Of a DNA stretch of 64,000 nt, positions 1-8,316 are shown piece by piece (positions within the stretch are counted from its first letter, which is position 1; each line of letters begins with the position of its first letter). The position numbers and the translations under genes are program-made. Below the pieces are notes generated by a model, which did no database searches, had not been told where the DNA came from, and worked only from the letters and a program-made list of their open reading frames with translations. Location: contig CAYSSX010000002.1 of assembly GCA_964434115.1 (NCBI GenBank), forward strand, positions 137,680 to 201,679. The letters are read 5' to 3'. The DNA is from an uncultured bacterium. GTDB taxonomy: Bacteria; Omnitrophota; Omnitrophia; Omnitrophales; Aquincolibacteriaceae.

Positions 1-1
1 T

Positions 2-2035
2 GTTTCGGTGATCGCGGCGGTCCTTGAAATCGTGATCATGTTGAATATCGGATACTTCGTCGGACGCGCTTTCGGCTGGAGCTTTATGGACAGTCTTTTT
101 CTCGGAGCCATTCTCTGTATTTCCAGTACGACCATTATCGCGAAACTGCTCATCGAGAACGGGAAAATCAATGAGACATTTGCCCAGCTTATTCTGGGTA
201 TTTTGATCGTTGAAGACCTCCTCGCTATCGTGATTATTGCTGTTCTTTCCGGGCTCGCGTCCACAGGAACTCTGGACTTCAAAAGTGTGGGCATGGCCAT
301 GATGGAAGTGCTGGCTTTTGTCAGCGCGGTGATCATCTCGGGTTTTTTATTTATCCCAAGATTTTTAAGATACGTGGATCGTTTCAAAAGCAGGGAAATG
401 ATGACCGTATCTATTCTAGGACTTTGCTTTGCCGCATCACTGGCGGCCGCAAAACTTGGTTTTTCAGTGGCTTTGGGAGCCTTTCTGGTGGGCGCGATTA
501 TCGCCGAAACCCGGCAAGCCAAAGCCGTGATTCACCACATGGAACCTTTGCGTGACATGTTTACCGCCATTTTCTTTGTCTCGGTGGGGATGATGATCAA
601 GCCTTCGGTGCTGGCGGATCTGTGGCTGCCGATCCTGGTGATCACGCTGGTGACAATTCTGGGAAAACTTTTCAGCATTTCGCTCGGAACCTTTTTTGCC
701 GGTTACAACTCCGAAGTCGCGCTTCGCGTGGGGCTTGGACTTTCGCAAATCGGCGAATTTTCATTTATCATTGCCGCGCTTGGCGAGTCCACCAAAGTGA
801 CAAGCGACTTTCTTTATCCTGTGGCTGTTTCGGTTTCAGGGGTGACAACATTAACGACGCCGATTCTCATGAAAAACACAGTGCCGATCATTGAATGGCT
901 GCATCGTGCGGCGCCCCGGCCCCTCACGACATTTCTGGGGTTATATACTTCCTGGATAGCGAAAACCCGGCACCCCCATGGCGGAGCAAGCGGCAGCGGT
1001 TCAGGTATGCTCCGTAAAGAAATTCCTAAGCTGGCAGCCTATACCCTGGGCGGTCTCATTCTCCTTTTTGGATCCGCTCAAGTGCAGTTTCATTATCTCC
1101 ATTGGCCCAACACTGTTTATTGGACCGTGACCGGACTTCTTATTTTCCCGGTTTTTCTTGGTGCCGCGGCAACCCTGGACCGGATGCTTTGGAAAATGCT
1201 GCTTGCCCGGGCGGGATCACAGGAGGATTCCGGCGAGGAGACGGAACATCAAGATTTGATGCATCAGGGGATCCGGTTCGCGCTGATGTGTTCTGTAGGG
1301 ATTATTTTTCTTCTTACCGGAACACTTTTTGCTCCAGCATTTCCGTGGGCATGGGCGATCCTTGGGCTCGTTCTCATTTCAGGTCTCTTTGTCTGGGGCA
1401 CAATTAAGAAGACGCACGAAAGAATTGAAAAACTGGTGCTGGGAGTTTTTGACCCTGATTTGCGGCACGAAGAAGTGCAGAGTGCTAAAAAAGACCTTGC
1501 CCGCCTCATTCAGGAGGATTATCCGGGAGAAGTTGAAACCCAGGACTTTCTTCTTCCTTACAAGGAATGCGGCGTTAATGTGACGCTCCGTGAACTGGCC
1601 ATTCGATCCGTTACAGGGGCCAGCGTGGTGTCGATTTACCGTGATCCTGAGTCTTTGGCAAACCCCCCAGCGGACACAAGGCTGCTTCCAGGCGACGTGC
1701 TTCTTTTGATGGGGAACGCTGAGCAGATTGCCGCCGCCATCACATTTCTGAGAGAGAAGATCAAAAGCCCCGCTCCCGGATTAGCGGTTGTTCAAAAACC
1801 TGCAACCCGGCGGTTTACTCTTTTGGAGGCGAGCCCTGTCTGCGGAAGAAGAATCCGGGAAGTCCATTTGGGAAGAAAAACAGGGGTTCAGATACTGGGC
1901 TTGCACCGCAGCGGACTGTATGTGACCAACCCCGGGCCGGATTTTGTTTTTGAAGCAGGAGACGAGCTTGTGTTGTTTGGTTCTGAAGAACAGCTTGAAA
2001 AAGCCGCTCATTTTTTGAGTGAAGAAAAAGAGTGA
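2..2035 (+). CDS. Kef-type monovalent cation:proton antiporter (CPA2 family) with two C-terminal RCK_C/TrkA-C domains; 5' end truncated by window edge
   Basis: ORF runs to the window start. Multi-TM N-terminal Na+/H+ exchanger-like region, then two TrkA-C-like stretches in the C-terminal soluble region. Confidence 0.7.
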   Translation, partial: VSVIAAVLEIVIMLNIGYFVGRAFGWSFMDSLFLGAILCISSTTIIAKLLIENGKINETFAQLILGILIVEDLLAIVIIAVLSGLASTGTLDFKSVGMAMMEVLAFVSAVIISGFLFIPRFLRYVDRFKSREMMTVSILGLCFAASLAAAKLGFSVALGAFLVGAIIAETRQAKAVIHHMEPLRDMFTAIFFVSVGMMIKPSVLADLWLPILVITLVTILGKLFSISLGTFFAGYNSEVALRVGLGLSQIGEFSFIIAALGESTKVTSDFLYPVAVSVSGVTTLTTPILMKNTVPIIEWLHRAAPRPLTTFLGLYTSWIAKTRHPHGGASGSGSGMLRKEIPKLAAYTLGGLILLFGSAQVQFHYLHWPNTVYWTVTGLLIFPVFLGAAATLDRMLWKMLLARAGSQEDSGEETEHQDLMHQGIRFALMCSVGIIFLLTGTLFAPAFPWAWAILGLVLISGLFVWGTIKKTHERIEKLVLGVFDPDLRHEEVQSAKKDLARLIQEDYPGEVETQDFLLPYKECGVNVTLRELAIRSVTGASVVSIYRDPESLANPPADTRLLPGDVLLLMGNAEQIAAAITFLREKIKSPAPGLAVVQKPATRRFTLLEASPVCGRRIREVHLGRKTGVQILGLHRSGLYVTNPGPDFVFEAGDELVLFGSEEQLEKAAHFLSEEKE

Positions 2036-2052
2036 GCCCGCGCGAGGCGGGC
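2036..2052. terminator. GC-rich hairpin (GCCCGC-GCGAG-GCGGGC) between convergent genes; possible bidirectional terminator, no clear U-tract
   Basis: Perfect 6-bp inverted repeat immediately after the antiporter stop codon (2033-2035) and 15 nt before the stop of the minus-strand gene. Confidence 0.35.
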
Positions 2053-2066
2053 CCACTCGGGGGAAT

Positions 2067-5000
2067 TTAACTTAGAAGATTCTTGTCATCATCGCCGCCT
2101 AGAAGTGATCCACCCGTCAAGGTAGGAGCAAAAGAGGCTGGCGTTTGTGTGGTGACTACAGGCGCGGCCGCAAGAGGCGCATTCATCTTGAAATTTTTAA
2201 CAGCGGCCACAGCGGCTTCCGCGAGTTTCTTAATCTCAGCAATCTTGTTTTGATTTTCTTCCCGGATCATTTTGATTTGAACTTCTGCGTCCCTTCTCAC
2301 CGCTGCAATCACAGGAGACTGCTTTTCAGCCTCTCTTTTGAAGACAGGGATGACCGCGGAAACCCTGCTTCCATTATCAGGATTATTTGCCGTTGTGTCG
2401 GTTTTTAAAGCAATCTCTTTGTCCCTGACTTCGGATTTAATGGCCTCTATTTTTCCTTCAGCGTTACTCCGAAGCACTGCTGCGGCTTCACGCCCAATGC
2501 CCTTAAGTTTTTGGCCAAGATCCTTGAGTGATTCCGCGGATATCATGGGGACAAATCTGGGCTGAATGTCCATTACGGCAGTAAAGAAACGCTGAACTTC
2601 CGGAGTTTGCAGCGCTGCCGATGCAATGGCCGCGCCCGGCTTTTGATTTGGACTGCTTACCGCCTTAATCATGAATGTCTGCGGATCCACTGGCTTAAGC
2701 CCTTCGTCTGAAGAGGGTTCTTCGGGCATTTTCAATTTAACGACAGCCCATTCTTTAGATTCCTGGTTCATTGTAGCTTCTGATTTAGGTTCCGGAATCC
2801 TAACCTCTAAGACTCTTGGAAGATTTCCGCGGTCCTTGTCATCAAGCTCACCGTCCTTGTTTGGATCAGTAGATTTGATTACTGGGTGATCAGTATTTGT
2901 TGAGTCTTCGTGGGCAGACTCTTTAGCGTCGGTGTTTGCCAGCTCCTCTTCTGTAGGTTCCCGCAAAGGGCGTCCAGAATTCTCCTCCGTGGGTTGGGAA
3001 GTAGTGTTAAAGAGGTTATCGTCTGCTACTGTAGCAGAGATTCCGTTGCCGCTGTTCGAAGAAGCATCATTGGGGCAAAACCAAGCTGTTGTTCCAGATG
3101 CTCCCGGAGACTGGATTGCGACACCCTCTGCACAGGGAGATTCTGAAGGATGCTTGGGATCCAGATCAACAATGGTTCCTTCGCCATTAGCAGCCTTACT
3201 CTTGGCATCCTCATAAGAAAAGACAGGGTTTTCGGGGGCAGGAGAATGCACATCACCTTCCGGTGCCGCTAACGCTTTAAAAGCCGCTATTTCAGCGGAG
3301 TCCGGGGTTGTGGAGTCCTTCGGCCTAGTCTCGCTGCTTTCTGTCTTAACGGCTTCGTCCTTGTTGGTGTCTTGGGCCGTGTAGTCGGTATCCATGGTGT
3401 TAACAACGCCGTCCTTGTTGGTGTCTTGGGCCGTGTAGTCGGTATCCATGGTGTTAACAACGCCGTCCTTGTTGGTGTCTTGGGCCGTGTAGTCGGTATC
3501 CATGGTGTTAACAATGCCGTCTTTGTTGGCCTCTTCGGCGGGAGCATCCGTACTTCTCAAAGCCGCAACTTCGACTTTGGTTTCAGCGATGACACGATCT
3601 TCTCCCCCCTGCATCCGCTGCAACAGATGAATTCTATGAATGCCCGGTTGATCTGCTTTTAATCGAGCGTAGAAAATACCGTTATCGTCTACTTCCAGCT
3701 TTTGCTCGTCGCCGAATTTTCTCCCGCCGCCATCGATGGCATCAATCCCATGAGCGATCAGAAAAGCGGAAGCATCACTTTTAAAGCGTTTGATAACGCC
3801 TTTGACTAAAATCATGCGATCTGCGGGAACGTGGAAAGCTCCGATTTCAGCTTTGGCAAGAAGGCTGTCTTTTACGTCGATGACGCCGTCTTTGTTCCTG
3901 TCTTCTGGATTAGCGTAATCGGTGTCTTTAGTGTCAATCACTCCGTCCCCGTTATGATCGCCATTCAAGACCACTCCGCCATCATCGAATTTTTGGCCGC
4001 CATTGTTGTCAGAGGGCTTGATGCCCGCTCCGGATTCCTTTGAAATAATTTTAGCGTCCCACATGTCACTGTTGCCTTCCACCATTTTTTTTGGGTTCGA
4101 AAGCAAAGCGAAAATATGCATGCCTCGCTTCAGCTCTTGACGCTCATCCTTAGAGAAATGGGCGAAAAAGTTAACCCCATCAGATAAACGTTTTAACAGA
4201 AGCTCGCCTTGCATGTAAAAAGAGGCATCGTTTGGATCCTGGATGACTTCGAAAGCATCACGAAACTCCTTGATCTTTGGCGGATCAAAACCAGGAGGAG
4301 GTGTCGTCGGGTCAATCGGTTTTGGAGGCAAGGGGAGAGGCGGCATCGGAACCGGAGGCAGTTCTTCCCCGGGATTCCCCATGCCTGAAAGAATGACCCG
4401 AATGCCGTTAAATCCAAAAATGAGGGTCGCTGCACCCTTTCCCCCGCGGCCCTCTGCCGTAGAGTAAGAGAAGAGCGCCCGAAATGCTCTGTTCCCAATA
4501 ACGCCGCCAGCAGCCATCATGTCGCTGGTCATTTTTTCATAAAGAGGATCGATCGCATGAACTTCTACTTTTACATCTGTTTTTAGTTCCTTCCTAAGTT
4601 CTTCCGCGATGTAGTAAGCAGCCTTCTCCTTAGAAATAATTTCCCAGTTTCGCACATTGTTAACATCAATTATTTTTTCAGGCGCGGTTTCTACAGTCAA
4701 ATCTTCTTCAGTTTTTTCCAAAGCATCGGCTGCTTCAAACTGACCCAAGGTTTTGAGTATGGGTTCGTTTGCGGAATCCTCAGCTTTCTCTTCAGAGGGC
4801 TGAAGCGTTAATACCGGGTCGATCTTGTTCGTCATGGCGATCGGGTTGCCCTCAGCGTCATATAAAATATTTCCGCCGGACGGCTTTGGATTTAGCAGGG
4901 TTGTTTCCTTATCCGAAGGTTCGGAGATTCTTTCATCATTTGTAGCCGTACGAAGAGTCATCTCTTCTGCCGGATACTCTTCATAAGCGGGGATTCCGGG

Positions 5001-5207
5001 TACAGACACCGGTGCTTTACTTCCGTCTTCCGGAGTTACGGTGCCGGAAGGTGCAGGAGCCTGCTTTTCCGCAATGGCTTTTTGATTTGGGTCGGCAGCT
5101 GTTGTTGAAAACTGCTGAGCATAGGCCTTGGAAGTGAACGGGGTACCGTTCAGGCTCAGCGTTACGGTGACTACCCAGACCAGACTTTTCTTAAATGACT
5201 TTTTCAT
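2067..5207 (-). CDS. Large secreted protein with thrombospondin type 3-like calcium-binding repeats, a proline-rich linker and a coiled-coil C-terminus
   Basis: Likely start at MKKSFKKSLVWVVTVTLSL (signal peptide), 28 codons inside the six-frame ORF. The ATG follows the RBS-like GGGGTGAAAAC. Contains repeated D-x-D-x-D-G-x-x-D motifs (NGDHNGDGVIDTKDTDYANPEDRNKDGVIDVKD and 3x NKDGVVNTMDTDYTAQDT) and the proline-rich stretch PPVPMPPLPLPPKPIDPTTPPPGFDPP. Confidence 0.6.
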   Translation of the reverse strand: MKKSFKKSLVWVVTVTLSLNGTPFTSKAYAQQFSTTAADPNQKAIAEKQAPAPSGTVTPEDGSKAPVSVPGIPAYEEYPAEEMTLRTATNDERISEPSDKETTLLNPKPSGGNILYDAEGNPIAMTNKIDPVLTLQPSEEKAEDSANEPILKTLGQFEAADALEKTEEDLTVETAPEKIIDVNNVRNWEIISKEKAAYYIAEELRKELKTDVKVEVHAIDPLYEKMTSDMMAAGGVIGNRAFRALFSYSTAEGRGGKGAATLIFGFNGIRVILSGMGNPGEELPPVPMPPLPLPPKPIDPTTPPPGFDPPKIKEFRDAFEVIQDPNDASFYMQGELLLKRLSDGVNFFAHFSKDERQELKRGMHIFALLSNPKKMVEGNSDMWDAKIISKESGAGIKPSDNNGGQKFDDGGVVLNGDHNGDGVIDTKDTDYANPEDRNKDGVIDVKDSLLAKAEIGAFHVPADRMILVKGVIKRFKSDASAFLIAHGIDAIDGGGRKFGDEQKLEVDDNGIFYARLKADQPGIHRIHLLQRMQGGEDRVIAETKVEVAALRSTDAPAEEANKDGIVNTMDTDYTAQDTNKDGVVNTMDTDYTAQDTNKDGVVNTMDTDYTAQDTNKDEAVKTESSETRPKDSTTPDSAEIAAFKALAAPEGDVHSPAPENPVFSYEDAKSKAANGEGTIVDLDPKHPSESPCAEGVAIQSPGASGTTAWFCPNDASSNSGNGISATVADDNLFNTTSQPTEENSGRPLREPTEEELANTDAKESAHEDSTNTDHPVIKSTDPNKDGELDDKDRGNLPRVLEVRIPEPKSEATMNQESKEWAVVKLKMPEEPSSDEGLKPVDPQTFMIKAVSSPNQKPGAAIASAALQTPEVQRFFTAVMDIQPRFVPMISAESLKDLGQKLKGIGREAAAVLRSNAEGKIEAIKSEVRDKEIALKTDTTANNPDNGSRVSAVIPVFKREAEKQSPVIAAVRRDAEVQIKMIREENQNKIAEIKKLAEAAVAAVKNFKMNAPLAAAPVVTTQTPASFAPTLTGGSLLGGDDDKNLLS
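3369..3530. repeat. Three tandem, essentially perfect 54-bp repeats (18-aa unit NKDGVVNTMDTDYTAQDT on the minus strand), inside the CDS above
   Basis: Unit gtcttgggccgtgtagtcggtatccatggtgttaacaacgccgtccttgttggt starts at 3369, 3423 and 3477. Copies 1 and 2 are identical, and copy 3 diverges only in its last ~12 nt. A partial copy tail precedes at 3351-3368. Confidence 0.9.
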
Positions 5208-5553
5208 GTTTTCACCCCAAGGAAATTTTTTTGATAAAGACGAACCGTTCTTAAACGGTTTTAGTATCTTCAAAAGTAAATATAACCCCATATTGAGTTA
5301 TTACAAGCTATAGAGTCTTATTTTGCCCTATTAAAATCAAAAACATACAAAACTAATCAAGAAAATTAAAAAAAGAGCATAAAAAAGCTGGTTAATGCTA
5401 GACGCCAACAGTAGGCTAAAAGCAGCTTAACTCCCTGCGGTGCAAAAGGATGGAGGAATGTCTTGATAAATGGCCCTGCTTTTCGCATCATACACGTGTT
5501 TCATTTGCTCCCTCCGGGATAAAAACCATTCATTTTCTTAAGGACCCGCTCTC

Positions 5554-7347
5554 ATGGATTATGTAATTTATGCCCGCAAATTCCGTCCCCAGACATTTGA
5601 AGAAGTTGTGGGGCAGGAGGCGGTGACGACCACCCTTAAAAACGCCATCCGTCAGAAGCGTATTCCTCAGAGCTTTCTTTTTTTTGGCCCGCGCGGTGTA
5701 GGCAAAACTTCCGTGGCCCGTATTCTTGCCAAGGCCTTAAATTGCGCGAAGGGACCGATTGAAACACCGTGCGGAAAATGCGACAGCTGCGTTGAGATTA
5801 CGCGTTCGTCCGCGCTTGATGTGGTTGAGATCGATGGAGCTTCCAATCGCGGCATTGATGAAATCCGCAGCCTCCGCGAGACGGTAAAATTCAAACCCTC
5901 GAGCGGTAGTTTCAAAATTATCATTATCGATGAAGTGCACATGGTCACGACCGAGGCCTTCAACGCGCTCTTGAAGACCCTTGAAGAGCCGCCGCCGCAC
6001 GTGAAATTTATTTTTGCCACAACAGAATCGCATAAAGTCCCGGTCACCATTCTGTCGAGATGCCAGCGTTTTAATTTCCGGCGCATTCCTACGGCAGAAA
6101 TCGTGAAGAAGCTGGAAGAGATCACTCAGCGTGAAAAATTAAAAGCGGACAAGAACGCGCTTTTCTGGATCGCTAAAACCAGCGATGGCGGCCTTCGGGA
6201 TGCGGAAAGCCTTCTGGATCAGCTCGCCAGTTTTTCAGACGGTAAGATCAAGGAAGAAGACGCGCTTTTTCTTCTTGGGCTGGCGTCCGAAGATCATTAT
6301 TTCCGGGTGCTGGATTTGCTTTCGAAGAAAGACGCGCAGGGGCTTTTTACTTTAATCAGTGAACTTTATGATTCGGGCAAGGATTTAGTGCTTTTCGGGA
6401 AGGAGCTTTTGGAGGTTTTCCGCCACCTTCTGCTTCTTCAGTGCGCTGAAAAATCCGAAGGCTTTATTGAAATGTCCGAAGACGCGATTGCCAAGCTTCA
6501 GGAAAGAAAGAAATTGTTTTCCCGGGGGGAGCTTTTGCTGGCCTTGAGTTTGCTGGGAAATCTCCAAGGGCAGCTCAGACGCAATTTAGCGCCTGCCCGG
6601 CTTCTTGTGGAAACGGTTTTGCTGAAGCTTCTTCATATGGACAGCTTGAAGTCCCTCGAAGAGTTAAGCGCTTCTTTCCCGGCACCCGCGGGGGGACAAG
6701 TCTCATCAAAGACTTCCACGGGGGCCCTTTCACCAGCTCCGCAGGCGGCCCCCCTAAGACCTCTTCCGGCCGCCGCGCCTGCGTCACCCAAAGCAGTTGT
6801 TAAAAAAGCACCTGCCGCAATGGAGGATCTTCCGCATGAACCAGACCTGGCTGAAGGATCCGAAGAAGAAATGGTGAGTCCTCCGCAGTCAGCGCAGCCT
6901 TCAGCAAAGCCCGCTGCTCAGCCTGCCGCTGCAGGGACAGGTCTTTCCCTGGGCGAAATTGAAACCGCGTGGCCGCGTATCCTCGACTATGTCAAAAGCA
7001 AGCGTATGTCGATTGGCATTTTTCTTTCAGAGTCCCAGCCCGTGGAAGCTTCGGGCACCATGCTGACGCTTGGGCTTCCTGCGGAGTTCCAGTTTCACAA
7101 AGAAACTCTGGAAAAGAGCGCCAATAAAAAGATCATTGAAGAAGCCTTTGAGGTTCTTATTGCAAAAAAAATAGGAATCGAATTTGTCATCACGCAAGGT
7201 CCGCAGTCCTCACCTGGAAAATCCGCCGCTTCATCAGACGGCGGGGCCTCAGGGTCTCAGGGTTCCTCTGAGGGCGGCCAACTCCCCGATATTATTATGA
7301 AAGCGCTGGATATTTTTGATGGCGCCAAGATTGTCCGGAAAGATTAA
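5554..7347 (+). CDS. dnaX: DNA polymerase III subunit gamma/tau
   Basis: N-terminal KFRPQTFEEVVGQE...FGPRGVGKTS (Walker A), zinc-module cysteines CGKCDSC, DEVHM and SRC motifs. Pro/Ala-rich linker and tau C-terminal domain. Confidence 0.93.
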   Translation: MDYVIYARKFRPQTFEEVVGQEAVTTTLKNAIRQKRIPQSFLFFGPRGVGKTSVARILAKALNCAKGPIETPCGKCDSCVEITRSSALDVVEIDGASNRGIDEIRSLRETVKFKPSSGSFKIIIIDEVHMVTTEAFNALLKTLEEPPPHVKFIFATTESHKVPVTILSRCQRFNFRRIPTAEIVKKLEEITQREKLKADKNALFWIAKTSDGGLRDAESLLDQLASFSDGKIKEEDALFLLGLASEDHYFRVLDLLSKKDAQGLFTLISELYDSGKDLVLFGKELLEVFRHLLLLQCAEKSEGFIEMSEDAIAKLQERKKLFSRGELLLALSLLGNLQGQLRRNLAPARLLVETVLLKLLHMDSLKSLEELSASFPAPAGGQVSSKTSTGALSPAPQAAPLRPLPAAAPASPKAVVKKAPAAMEDLPHEPDLAEGSEEEMVSPPQSAQPSAKPAAQPAAAGTGLSLGEIETAWPRILDYVKSKRMSIGIFLSESQPVEASGTMLTLGLPAEFQFHKETLEKSANKKIIEEAFEVLIAKKIGIEFVITQGPQSSPGKSAASSDGGASGSQGSSEGGQLPDIIMKALDIFDGAKIVRKD

Positions 7348-7350
7348 TCC

Positions 7351-7950
7351 ATGAAGGGGTATTCCGAATGGATGCGGGAGCTCATCGAAGCTCTTATTAA
7401 ACTGCCGGGTATTGGCCGCCGCTCCGCAGAACGGATTGTCTTTTATCTCCTTCGGGCCAAACGCGAAGAAGTGATCCGTCTCTGCTCACTCCTGACAGCC
7501 GCGAAGGACAATGTTTTTTTCTGCGAAATTTGCCACAATTTTGCCAATGCCAAAATCTGTAATGTCTGCTCTGATCCCGGCCGCGACAAAGGTTTGATTT
7601 GTGTTGTGGAAGACCCCAAGGATGTTGTGGCCATAGAAAAAACGCAGACTTATGCAGGGGTTTATCACGTGCTTCTGGGCGCCCTCTCTGCTCTGGATGG
7701 AATTGGCCCCGCTGAAATTCAGATTCAGGATCTTCTGGAAAGAATCGAGAAGACGCCGGTGCGGGAAGTGATTCTTGCTACGAATCCCAACACGGAGGGC
7801 GAAACCACGGCCCTTTACCTTTCCCGGATGCTTAAGCCGTTGAAAGTAAAAGTGTCCCGGATTGCCCGAGGAGTTCCCGTGGGCAGCAATATTGAATTTG
7901 TTGATCAGGCCACCCTGTCCAGGGCCCTTGAAGGCCGCCTCCCCGCTTAA
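7351..7950 (+). CDS. recR: Recombination protein RecR
   Basis: LIEALIKLPGIGRRSAERIVFYLL helix-hairpin-helix, C4 zinc finger CEICHNFANAKICNVCSD, Toprim-like C-terminal region. Starts 3 nt after the dnaX stop. Confidence 0.92.
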   Translation: MKGYSEWMRELIEALIKLPGIGRRSAERIVFYLLRAKREEVIRLCSLLTAAKDNVFFCEICHNFANAKICNVCSDPGRDKGLICVVEDPKDVVAIEKTQTYAGVYHVLLGALSALDGIGPAEIQIQDLLERIEKTPVREVILATNPNTEGETTALYLSRMLKPLKVKVSRIARGVPVGSNIEFVDQATLSRALEGRLPA

Positions 7951-7957
7951 TAAAAGG

Positions 7958-7998
7958 CAGTCCTGACTAGTAAGATATAGCGCCAAGGACTGTTTTTT
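7958..7998 (+). terminator. Rho-independent terminator after recR
   Basis: Inverted repeat CAGTCCTG ... CAAGGACTG followed by TTTTTT (7993-7998). Confidence 0.6.
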
Positions 7999-8017
7999 AA
8001 TGTTTCGCCCCTCTGAA

Positions 8018-8046
8018 TTGACAGCCCGGAAACCGCATGGTTAACT
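8018..8046 (+). promoter_or_regulatory. Putative sigma70-type promoter for the giant gene (TTGACA-17 nt-TTAACT), leaving a ~165-nt leader
   Basis: TTGACA at 8018-8023, 17-nt spacer, TTAACT at 8041-8046. RBS AAGGAA 8-13 nt upstream of the ATG at 8212. Confidence 0.35.
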
Positions 8047-8211
8047 TTTCGGGGGAGTTCAACTCCGCTAGGGCGGGTGTCTGCTTACCTATTTATATAG
8101 GCCCTGATTGGTAATAGGGTTCAGCCGTGGATCATAACAGTTATTCGGCGGTGTTTATTTGATGATGACCGGCTTTCAGAAATTTCCCTTTTTTAAGAAA
8201 GGAATTGAAGC

Positions 8212-8316
8212 ATGAAAGTTTCCAGGAACAGCTCTCGGTTTACATACTTCCTTAAAACTACCTCTGCGGTTGTGGCTGTTTTTTTTACCGTGAATACGGT
8301 TTTTGCGGCTGCGCCC
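8212..8316 (+). other. Predicted signal peptide of the giant protein
   Basis: Basic n-region (K, R, R), hydrophobic core AVVAVFFTVNTVF, AxA-like cleavage site VFA-AA. Confidence 0.55.

Noticed and set aside
3351-3545. Considered whether the 54-bp tandem repeats could be a CRISPR array
   Set aside because: The units are contiguous with no spacers, in-frame, and encode a repeated calcium-binding peptide inside a long ORF. They are protein-coding tandem repeats, not CRISPR.
5292-5553. Looked for an SRP RNA (ffs/4.5S) gene upstream of dnaX, its usual position in many bacteria
   Set aside because: Neither strand shows the conserved domain IV motifs (GGAAGGAAGCAGCC / AGGUCAGG). Only a weak TTGATA...CATCAT promoter-like element is present, so no RNA gene is called.
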